14,071 bases of DNA. Source: Planctomycetes bacterium SM23_32 (GTDB taxonomy: Bacteria > Planctomycetota > Brocadiia > SM23-32). Position 1 is the stretch's first letter; the number at the start of each line of letters is the position of its first letter. The stretch covers positions 1 through 14,071 of the forward strand of contig LJUE01000149.1 in the NCBI GenBank assembly GCA_001303885.1. Direction: 5' to 3'. Both the position numbers and the translations under genes were made by a program. A model generated the notes under the pieces. That model was given only the letters and a program-made list of their open reading frames with translations. It made no database searches and was not told where the DNA came from. Of this stretch, positions 1-7,173 are shown in pieces.

Positions 1-1455
1 CGCACGGTTGGCCCCTCCCTACGGTGGGCTCCAGGACAACGCGGAAGCCGTAGTTCGCCGTCGCGTCCGTCGGGGGCGCGCTGTGGCGGCGGGCCGAGCG
101 GCAGTCGCCCGCGTAGTAGCTCCACGAGCCGCCGCGCAACACCCGCCGTTCGCCCGCAGCTGGCCCGCCGGGGTCTTCGTGCTCCCCTGTGGAGTAGTAG
201 CCGGCGCCGTAGAAATCCTTGCACCATTCCCACACGTTGCCGTGCACGTCGTGCAGGCCCCAGGCGTTGGGCTTCAGCTCGCCGACGGGGTGGGTGCTGC
301 GCCCAGAGTTCCCGTCGAACCAGGCGTAATCGGGCAGCCCCTCCCTCTCGTCGCCGAAGCAGTAGGCGGACTGCGTTCCGGCGCGGCAGGCATACTCCCA
401 CTCCGCCTCGGTCGGCAGCCGCACGTCGTCCACGACGACACGCGGCCCCTGGACGGCCTGCGGTGTGCGGGCGAGGTGGGCGCGCAGCCTGCGGCAGAAC
501 TCGGCGGCGTCCTCATAGGAGACGCTGTCCACGGGCCGGCGCGGCCCCTCGAAGCGCGAAGGACTCTCGCCCATCACCGCCTCGTACTGCCGCTGCGTTA
601 CGGGGAAACGGCCGACGTAGAAGCCCCGCGTAATGTGGACAGTGTGGGCGGGGCGCTCGTCGGCGCTGCCCGCGCCCTCCGGGCTGCCCATGCTGAAACT
701 GCCTGCCGGCACGAACGCCAGCTCCATGGGCACGTCCTGAGGCAGCCGCAGCCGCAGCAGGCCGGCCAGTCGGGTGGCCCTGCCGCCGGCCACCGGACTG
801 AGCCCGATGGCCTGCCATTCGGCTCCCATCACGGCCTCAGCGCGGCCCTGCTCGGCGCTCAGGCTCAGCAGGTTGGCGATGTCGCTGCCGTAGACCTCCT
901 TGAGATGTGAAAGGTCCAGGTGGATGCCGCCCGATATGTTGATGCCTCCCTGGGCCTCGGGCAGGTTGGGGGCGGCCACGCGCACGAACAGGCTCCTGTC
1001 CGGCAGCTCAGAGAGCCGCACGTCAGCGGGGCGGTCCGGACGCGTGAGGACCATCTGGAGCCTCTCGACCGGCACTTCGCCCGGCTCCAGCGGGCGGAAC
1101 GGGAAGCTGAGGATGGCCTGGTCGCCGCGCGCCCGGAACTGGCAGCACTGCTCCCGCTCGGCCGGGTCCTGCTCGGCGTAGCGGCCCGCCCCGTGCAACT
1201 CCATGGACAGGGTCACGCCAAGGGGCACGCTGGCGATGTTGGTGGCCCGAAAGCGGAGCTGCGAGAGGTGTCCGACGACATGCCGTCGGTTGGCCTCCAC
1301 CTCGAGCACGATCCCGAGGCCCCCTGCCTCGTCGCCGGCGGCTCCGTCCAGCGCAGCCGCCGCCGGCGCGTCGGCGGGCAGCTCGGCGCCGCACTGCGTG
1401 CAGAACCTCTCCTCGGCCTCTGCCACCGACCCGCACTGCGGACACTTGCGTGCCA
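1..1455 (-). CDS. N-terminal zinc-ribbon + C-terminal FGE-sulfatase (SUMF1/formylglycine-generating-enzyme-like) domain protein; 3' end runs off the window start (partial)
   Basis: Own translation of the minus strand from the ATG at 1455-1453 (frame ends exactly at position 1). N-terminus reads [26 protein letters not shown], a zinc ribbon. C-terminal half contains [14 protein letters not shown]...[17 protein letters not shown]...[12 protein letters not shown]...[21 protein letters not shown]...VLRGGSWSY...NYGFRVV, the hallmark motifs of the FGE-sulfatase fold. GGAG lies 9 nt upstream of the ATG. The supplied ORF track does not list it because no stop codon falls inside the window. Confidence 0.8.
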
Positions 1456-1556
1456 TAAGTCTGCTCCGTCTCCCATCGCACATGCTTGGCCCAGCTGCCT
1501 CTCAGATGGTTCGAGCCGGCCGGCGGCACTCGAGTCCCCGGGCCGGCCGGGCGTCC

Positions 1557-2138
1557 TCATTGCGGCGTCGGGTCCAGGGCTGCGCCACACGCCGTGCAGA
1601 ACCTGTCGCCGGGCGCCGCCGGCCGGGCACAACTCGGGCAGCGCCCGGGAAGCCGGGCGCCGCACCGCAGGCAGAACCTGGCGTCGGCCGGGCACTCGTG
1701 ACCGCACCTGCCGCAGCGTACGGGGCCGGGCTGAGGGCCTCGACTCGCAACGGGCCCGAGCGCGCCCTGCGCGTCCTTCGGGCCTTCCGCATGATCGCCT
1801 GCTTCGCCGGGCGCCGGGGCGCTCACCTTGTCGCCCGCGATGATCTGGTCGCCGGCCACCTTGTCGCCGCCCACATGCTCGGTGTGGAACGAGAAGGCCA
1901 TGTGTTCGGCGCTCACCTGCGCGCCCTTGCCGAAGTAGGCGTTCGTGTGCACGACGATCGGCTCGCCGCCGGCCAGCACGTCCTCCAAAGCCGGAGGCAC
2001 CGAAAGCTCGACGCCGGGCGGGCGCGGACCGAACAGCACGGGTGGCCGCAGCACAACGGCCGCCTCCGGCAGGGCGCAAAGCCACGGCAGGCGGCTGTCT
2101 GTGGCGCCATCGCCCGCCGAGACCGTGGGGGGCAGCAT
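1557..2138 (-). CDS. Double zinc-ribbon (DZR) protein with a G-D-K-V repeat region; probably the C-terminal portion of the frameshifted gene that starts at 2982
   Basis: Very high GC3 (about 88%) in this frame. C-terminus CGRCGHECPADARFCLRCGARL...CPSCARPAAPGDRFCTACGAAL gives two CxxC-(n)-FCxxCG zinc ribbons. Internal HVGGDKVAGDQIIAGDKVSAP repeat. TGA at 1557-1559. Only a weak Shine-Dalgarno sequence before the ATG at 2138. A C6 homopolymer lies at codons 3-4 (coordinates 2127-2132). Confidence 0.6.
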   Translation of the reverse strand: MLPPTVSAGDGATDSRLPWLCALPEAAVVLRPPVLFGPRPPGVELSVPPALEDVLAGGEPIVVHTNAYFGKGAQVSAEHMAFSFHTEHVGGDKVAGDQIIAGDKVSAPAPGEAGDHAEGPKDAQGALGPVASRGPQPGPVRCGRCGHECPADARFCLRCGARLPGRCPSCARPAAPGDRFCTACGAALDPTPQ

Positions 2139-2982
2139 GAACTGACTCGCCCAACCGTGCCGAGGCGCACGGGAACACCTCGCTCAAAGCGGCGGCAACC
2201 TCTCCGCCCAACGGGCCCTGAGCGCAGGCCGTCACCCGGACAAGGGCACACGCCTCCGCCAGTGCGCTCTGGCGGGCCCCGAGGAGTGCGCCCACCGCCC
2301 CTGCCGGCGAGGATGGGATGACCTTGGCAACGGCGCGACAGAGCCTGACCTGCTGGCCGATCTCGGCCAGCTCCTCCTCTCGTGCATGGGTCGGCGAGAC
2401 GAGGGCGTCCACGCAGAGGGGCTCCTCCGCACAGAGCGCCCGGGCTGCCAGGCGGTTCCAGGGCGACAGGACGTCCGCAAACGGCATCAAATGCTGCACG
2501 ACATGCTCGTCAGTCAGTCTGGCTGAGGCGGAGGGCCGCCGCAGTTCCGTAACGCACGGCAGGCCCCGCAAATCCAGCAGCCGGTCAAACTCTTCTCGCG
2601 TCGTGACGGCCTTCAGCGGGAAGTAGCCCGAGGGGGCAGCGGAGCTGAACCGCCGCCACAGCGTACGCAGTCTGTCTGCTGCGTCGTTTTCCTCCCGGGC
2701 CGACGCGCCCAGGACGTACGCCACGGTGAGCGGCTGGGGCGCCCCAGGGCGCAGCCAAACGCGCAGGCCCAGCGAGCGCAGTCCGGGCGTGCGGAGCACG
2801 GCAGCGACGAAAGCGTCGTGCAGGTGCAGGTGTTCCTTCAGCCATTCCTCTTTCTTAGCCAGTGGCGCGGTCTGCGCGGGGCCGGCGCCGAGCAGGTCGG
2901 GCAGCGGATCCAGCAGCGCCGCGCCGTAGGCTATGTGCGCACTGCCCACCTGAAGAACGGCTACGTAAGGAGTCTGCGCCAT
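2139..2982 (-). CDS. Hypothetical protein, N-terminal segment; no in-frame stop before the frame decays. Most likely the 5' part of a gene continued in another frame as 1557..2138 (frameshift)
   Basis: ATG at 2982 preceded by GAGGACGAGG. About 280 codons with high GC3 and protein-like composition (MAQTPYVAVLQVGSAHIAYGAALLD...SEVFPCASARLGESVHAAP). Downstream of about 2140 the same frame becomes Arg/Pro/Gly-rich nonsense and GC3 drops. That frame then runs on without a stop to 1213, overlapping two other well-supported minus-strand genes. Confidence 0.55.
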
Positions 2983-3018
2983 GGCCTCGTCCTCAGGGCC
3001 AGATCACCGCAGGCCGCC

Positions 3019-4533
3019 CTAGCGCTTCCGGCGTAAGCCGGACAGCAGGGACTTCAGGCCGGACGTGGGTCTCTCGGCGCTTTCCGCAACGCCCGGCCTC
3101 CCCTCTGCGCCTGTTCGCGGCACGTGCACGGGCGTGCGGTCCAGCTCGCGCTCGATCCGGAACCGCTTCTGCAGCACCTCCACGGTCTCGAGGACCACCT
3201 TGTGGACCGCGTCGCTCAGGGCGCTCACGTCGGCATAGTCATACTCCGTCATCGGCGTTGCGATCGCCTCGTAGTCGAGCACCTGGACTCGGGAGGCCAG
3301 CGCCCGCAGCCATGATCCCGTCGCCCTGGCGAGCTTCTTCACGGGCCAGATCGTTTTGACGGGGCGCCGGTCCCAGAAGCTGGTGTTCAGGTAAGCGTCC
3401 CAGGAGACGTAGAGGTCCGCTCCGTATCCCCACACGCCGACGAGCACGACGGCGCGGCGGCTGCTGACCGTGAGCCACGTGCGCTTCTCTTCCAGCGTGT
3501 AGCCGCCCCACTGCGTCAGCTCCTTCTCGGCCACGGCTGTGTCGGGCAGGTCGAGGCCCTCCAGGCCGCTCTTGAGCCCCGCCCTGACGCCCTGCTCGTG
3601 CTCTCCGATGCCGGGCACAAGGGTGTGCCAGTAGGACATGGGGCGATAGGACTTGGGCACCTGCGACGGCACCTGCCGCGCAATCGTGTAGGTCCGTCTG
3701 ATCCGGCCCGACAGGGCGAACCACACGACGCCCAGAACGATCCAGAGGGGAAGCAACGCCAGGGCCAGGATGACCACCACACATCCCAGGGGCACGGTCA
3801 GGACGCCCAACCCTTTCTTCATGAACCTGCGCAGCCGCTCACCGAGGTTCCCCTTCTTCTCCTTCGGTTTCTTCAGCGCCACCAGGAACGTCAGCCAGGC
3901 CTCAATGTCCTCCTCGCTGATCGTCTTGAGGCCCAGCTGCGGGGTGACGGGACGAGCGTTCGACTCGTACTGGACGTCGTAGGTGTGCTCGTCCTCGTCA
4001 ATGGTCACTCGTATGGACCTCTCGTGGAGCAGTTCGGTCCCGAGGGCCTCGAAGAACCTCATGCTCATCCAGTAGTCGTAAGGCTCGCCCAGCTCCATCC
4101 TGAATCGCAAGCCCAGCTCGTCGCGGCGCTCGAGCACCCGCCGATACAGGTCCATCTTCAGGTCTTCGCAGACGTCCTTGTTGGACCTCTCGCGGGCGCG
4201 CATGTCGGCGTCGCCTGCGCCGTGGGTGCGTATCAGCCTCTCGATCGGCTCTTCGGCAGGCGGCCGTTCCACGCCGAGCGGCGGGTGCTGTTCTTCGGAG
4301 GGCCTCTCCGGCGCTTCCACCTCCCAGACACTCTTTCGCCGCTGAGGCGAGAAACGTGGGCTGCGGGCCGCCACCGGCGCAGCGGGCTCGTCTTGCCCAC
4401 CTGCGCCCGTGTCACGTTCGCCGACGATGTGGATCGGCTCTCCGCAATTGGGGCAGGGCACTGTCTTGCCCAGCAGGCTGTCGGAGCCCTTGAGCCGTCT
4501 GCCGCAGTTCTTGCACGTCGTCCTGACGGTCAT
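3019..4533 (-). CDS. Zinc-ribbon / two-transmembrane protein of unknown function (N-terminal CxxC...CPNCG ribbon, Pro/Glu-rich linker, cytoplasmic domain, hydrophobic hairpin, C-terminal domain)
   Basis: ORF 3019..4599 in the track. Preferred start is the ATG at 4533, which has a perfect GGAGGAGG 5 nt upstream and gives MTVRTTCKNCGRRLKGSDSLLGKTVPCPNCGEPIHIV. Hydrophobic segment GLGVLTVPLGCVVVILALALLPLWIVLGVVWFAL in the middle. High GC3 throughout. Confidence 0.75.
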   Translation of the reverse strand: MTVRTTCKNCGRRLKGSDSLLGKTVPCPNCGEPIHIVGERDTGAGGQDEPAAPVAARSPRFSPQRRKSVWEVEAPERPSEEQHPPLGVERPPAEEPIERLIRTHGAGDADMRARERSNKDVCEDLKMDLYRRVLERRDELGLRFRMELGEPYDYWMSMRFFEALGTELLHERSIRVTIDEDEHTYDVQYESNARPVTPQLGLKTISEEDIEAWLTFLVALKKPKEKKGNLGERLRRFMKKGLGVLTVPLGCVVVILALALLPLWIVLGVVWFALSGRIRRTYTIARQVPSQVPKSYRPMSYWHTLVPGIGEHEQGVRAGLKSGLEGLDLPDTAVAEKELTQWGGYTLEEKRTWLTVSSRRAVVLVGVWGYGADLYVSWDAYLNTSFWDRRPVKTIWPVKKLARATGSWLRALASRVQVLDYEAIATPMTEYDYADVSALSDAVHKVVLETVEVLQKRFRIERELDRTPVHVPRTGAEGRPGVAESAERPTSGLKSLLSGLRRKR

Positions 4534-4659
4534 CGTCACCTCCTCCCAGTGGGCCCGGGACGGCGCTCGCCGCATGAACGGCCGCTTCCGTGCGCGCACG
4601 TCAGTCTATGGCCGGCCTCGACGTCGCGGCATCGTCCCAGCTGCCACACTGCCCACCTC

Positions 4660-6282
4660 TCAGTCCGACAGCCGGCCGCCGCAGTGCTCGCAGAAGCGGC
4701 TGCCCGGCTCGACGCTGCCGTTGCAGTTGGGGCAGCGCAGAGCGCGCGCCCGTCCGCCTGCCCCGGCCGCGGCGTCGGCCTGGGCCCGCATGGCGTCACG
4801 GGCCATCCGCTCTATCCGGTCGAGCATGTCCTCGTAGATCTGCTGCACCTTCTCATTGCCGGCGGCCTGGGCCCTGTAGCGTTCGACGACGGCCCTCGCC
4901 GCCTCGGGCGACTCGGCCGCGGCGATGGCCAGGATCTGCTCTTCGCTGAGATTGCCCATGGCCTCGAGCCGCTCGAGTTCGCGGCGCGCTTCGGCGTCCC
5001 TGGCCTGCTCGCTGATGGCCTGCTCGGCGCGCGTCTTCTCCAGGTCGAGCTCCTGTTTGCCAGCCCGCGCCTCGAGGGCGAAGTCCATCTTGCGCTTCGT
5101 CTCGCCCATGCCGGCCTGGAAGATGGCTTCACGCTGCTTGAGCTCTTCCTCCAGGATCTCGCCGCGGCCTTCGGCCTTCGTCCTGGCGACTTCGATCCCG
5201 TGCTCGGCCTCGAGCTTCTCCAACAGGTGCCGGCGCGTCACCTCCGCGTCCTCGCGGGTCTCCTCGTAGGTGCGCTTCAGCTCCTCCATCTCGCCCTCGC
5301 GGATCACGTCCTTCATGCCCATCTCGTGCTCCCGCTGGCGGATGAACTCCTCGAGGTCCTTCGCCGAGGCGAACTTGTCCATCTGGTCCCTGGTGAGGGT
5401 CGAGCGAATGCGCCGGTAGAGGGCGGCGCGGCGTTCGTCTTCGGCGGCCAGCTCTTCCTTCACGAACGTCTTGCCGCGCGCCTGGCGCACCTGCTCGTAG
5501 GCGTCGCCGTAGAAGTCGAGGAACCTGAGCCGCACCAGCTCCAAGCCGTTCTCGGCGAGCATGTCTCCTATGCCTGCCCGCAGACCCTCCTCCATCTGCT
5601 GCCGCAGCTCCAGATTGCCCGCCAGGTCCTTCACAGACGCCCCTTTGATGCGAGCCTGGACCAGGTTGGCCCCCTCGGCGCCGAGGAAGTCGGCAAGCTC
5701 CGACTCGGTCAGCCTCTGGCGGCCGTGCATCAGGTTGGTGTAGAGGGCCTCGGGCTTGCCCAGGCGCACAACGGCCTGGGCGGCGGCGTTCACCGCCACG
5801 TCCTCCTCGGTTCGCAGGCCCTGGTAGCCGAGCTGCAGCGTCACGTCCCCGGCGTCCATCAGGATCGCCGTGGCCGGCGCGGCGGCGTCCACCTTGCCGA
5901 GCTTGCGGTTCATGTCGTAGGTGCCGGGCTCCGCCGTGCCGGCCAGCGAGCCGCCCTGGAAGATGAGGGCCCGGGTGCCGGGCTCCACGACAAGGCCGCG
6001 CGAGAGCAGGCCGCGCAAGTCCTGGGCTTCGATGCGCCGGGCGAACTCGCCCTCGGCGCGACGCCACCGGTTCATCTCGTCAACGGCCACCTCCCCTTCC
6101 GGGCCGGGGCGGATGGGTGCGCCACACTTGCCGCAGAACTTGGCCCCGCCCTTCAGCGTGGCTCCGCAGCTCGGGCAGACGGCCCTGGCCCGGGGGGCCT
6201 GCTCGCCGCAGTGGGGGCAGAAGGAGGCCCCTCGTCGCACTTTTCCTCCGCAGGACGGGCACTTGTCGCTGAAGAAACCCAT
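4660..6282 (-). CDS. Double zinc-ribbon + SPFH/Band-7 (flotillin-like) domain protein with a long Glu/Arg/Ala coiled coil and a C-terminal zinc ribbon
   Basis: ATG at 6282 with AAGGAGAG about 6 nt upstream. N-terminus CPSCGGKVRRGASFCPHCGEQ...CPSCGATLKGGAKFCGKCGAPI. Middle ...GTRALIFQGG...LYTNLMHGRQRLTESELADFLGAEGANLVQARIKGASVKDLAGNLELRQQMEEGLRAGIGDMLAENGLELVRLRFLDF resembles the C-terminal half of SPFH/prohibitin-homology domains. This is followed by a flotillin-like EA-rich heptad region. C-terminus CPNCNGSVEPGSRFCEHCGGRL. Confidence 0.85.
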   Translation of the reverse strand: MGFFSDKCPSCGGKVRRGASFCPHCGEQAPRARAVCPSCGATLKGGAKFCGKCGAPIRPGPEGEVAVDEMNRWRRAEGEFARRIEAQDLRGLLSRGLVVEPGTRALIFQGGSLAGTAEPGTYDMNRKLGKVDAAAPATAILMDAGDVTLQLGYQGLRTEEDVAVNAAAQAVVRLGKPEALYTNLMHGRQRLTESELADFLGAEGANLVQARIKGASVKDLAGNLELRQQMEEGLRAGIGDMLAENGLELVRLRFLDFYGDAYEQVRQARGKTFVKEELAAEDERRAALYRRIRSTLTRDQMDKFASAKDLEEFIRQREHEMGMKDVIREGEMEELKRTYEETREDAEVTRRHLLEKLEAEHGIEVARTKAEGRGEILEEELKQREAIFQAGMGETKRKMDFALEARAGKQELDLEKTRAEQAISEQARDAEARRELERLEAMGNLSEEQILAIAAAESPEAARAVVERYRAQAAGNEKVQQIYEDMLDRIERMARDAMRAQADAAAGAGGRARALRCPNCNGSVEPGSRFCEHCGGRLSD

Positions 6283-6305
6283 CGCTCTCTCCTTTCGCCT
6301 CGGCC

Positions 6306-6332
6306 GACGCCCCCGCCTCCCGCGCGGGCGTC
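6306..6332 (-). other. GC-rich imperfect hairpin immediately after the membrane-protein stop, in the 48-nt spacer before the SPFH gene. No U-tract, so not a classic intrinsic terminator
   Basis: Minus-strand RNA reads GACGCCCGCGCGGGAGGCGGGGGCGUC. The arms GACGCCC / GGGCGUC plus the inner CGC/GCG can pair. Confidence 0.2.
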
Positions 6333-7173
6333 AGGCAGACCGCAGTCGCTCCTGCTTCGAGAGCATCAGCCAGTCGTAGGCGAGCGCCGCCATCGTGCCG
6401 ACCACCAGCAGTGCGGCAGCCCACCACGTGTCCACTCGGAACCCCAGCATGGCATAGGCGGCGAGGCCGGCCACCAGGGCCAGCCCCAGCAGCATGGCCA
6501 GGTTTGCGGCATTGGACTCGGCCGCCAGGCCCCGGCCCGTCAGGGGGATCAGCACCAGCGGCAGAAGCACAACCAGGGCGAGCCAGCTTGCCAGCCTTGC
6601 GGGCCACGGGTATGCGCGTACGCCGGACTGCGGCCGGCCTGACTCCGCCGCGTCGCCGGCCCGGCCCGTCACACGGACGGGCGGCGCCGTTTCGCGCAGG
6701 GCGATGAGCACGCCTTCCAGGACGGCCTCCTCGGTCTCTTCCGTAGCCGCCAGCCGCGCCACTCGCCCCACCAGGGCATAGTCGGCGTCCAGAGTCCCGA
6801 GGTCCGCCCCTGCGATCGCATCGGGCGAAAGCGCCTCCTGTTCGAGCCCGAGTTCGTCGCGGAGGTTCTCCACGAGGTCGGCCGGCTGGACGGCGTAGCG
6901 GCCGGCCCTGTCAACGGCGCGTCGCACGGCGTCCGTCACGAAACCCGTCGAGTCCCCCTCGAACCGCGCCACAGCGACGGTAGGCCGCCCGCTCGCCGGG
7001 GCGGGCAGGGAGCGCGCCACCTCGGCAGCCGCCGCTTCCGTCAGCTCGCGGCGCCGGGCGTCGAGCGGGAACGGCTTCGGGCGCACGACCATCCATCCCT
7101 GCCAGGCCGCCACGGCCACCAGCAGCGGCACCGCAATGCGCGAGTTCAGTATCTTACCGATGAGCCGAAACAT
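6331..7173 (-). CDS. Polytopic membrane protein, unknown function (N-terminal TM helix, about 150-aa soluble region, three C-terminal TM helices)
   Basis: ATG at 7173 (MFRLIGKILNS) with GGGAGG about 10 nt upstream. Hydrophobic stretches IAVPLLVAVAAW, LASWLALVVLLPLVLIPL, LAMLLGLALVAGLAAYAMLGF, WWAAALLVVGTMAALAY. The start overlaps the 3' end of the upstream AAA gene by 20 nt. Confidence 0.7.
   Translation of the reverse strand: MFRLIGKILNSRIAVPLLVAVAAWQGWMVVRPKPFPLDARRRELTEAAAAEVARSLPAPASGRPTVAVARFEGDSTGFVTDAVRRAVDRAGRYAVQPADLVENLRDELGLEQEALSPDAIAGADLGTLDADYALVGRVARLAATEETEEAVLEGVLIALRETAPPVRVTGRAGDAAESGRPQSGVRAYPWPARLASWLALVVLLPLVLIPLTGRGLAAESNAANLAMLLGLALVAGLAAYAMLGFRVDTWWAAALLVVGTMAALAYDWLMLSKQERLRSA

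Noticed and set aside
1023-1529. 168-aa minus-strand ORF inside the FGE-domain gene region
   Set aside because: It lies in a different frame from the FGE-motif-bearing frame and has Arg/Gly-rich junk composition.
1213-2138. The 3' 300 codons of the 589-aa minus-strand ORF 1213..2982
   Set aside because: GC3 drops and the translation becomes Arg/Gly/Pro nonsense after about 2140. It overlaps two better-supported same-strand genes. Interpreted as run-on after a frameshift, not as coding.
920-2321. Plus-strand ORFs 920..1843 and 1203..2321
   Set aside because: Both are antisense to the FGE-domain gene and the frameshifted DZR gene. They have Arg/Pro/Ala-rich junk composition. The opposite strand carries unmistakable FGE and zinc-ribbon motifs.
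4534-4599. Upstream start (4599) for the zinc-ribbon TM protein
   Set aside because: The ATG at 4533 has a perfect GGAGGAGG SD at optimal spacing and places the zinc ribbon at the N-terminus. The extra 22 residues (MRARKRPFMRRAPSRAHWEEVT) look like an untranslated-leader translation.
3598-6642. 1014-aa plus-strand ORF, the longest in the track
   Set aside because: It lies antisense to three well-supported minus-strand genes. Its composition is Gly/Arg/Pro/Leu-rich with no recognisable motifs. Long stop-free antisense frames are expected in roughly 70% GC coding DNA.
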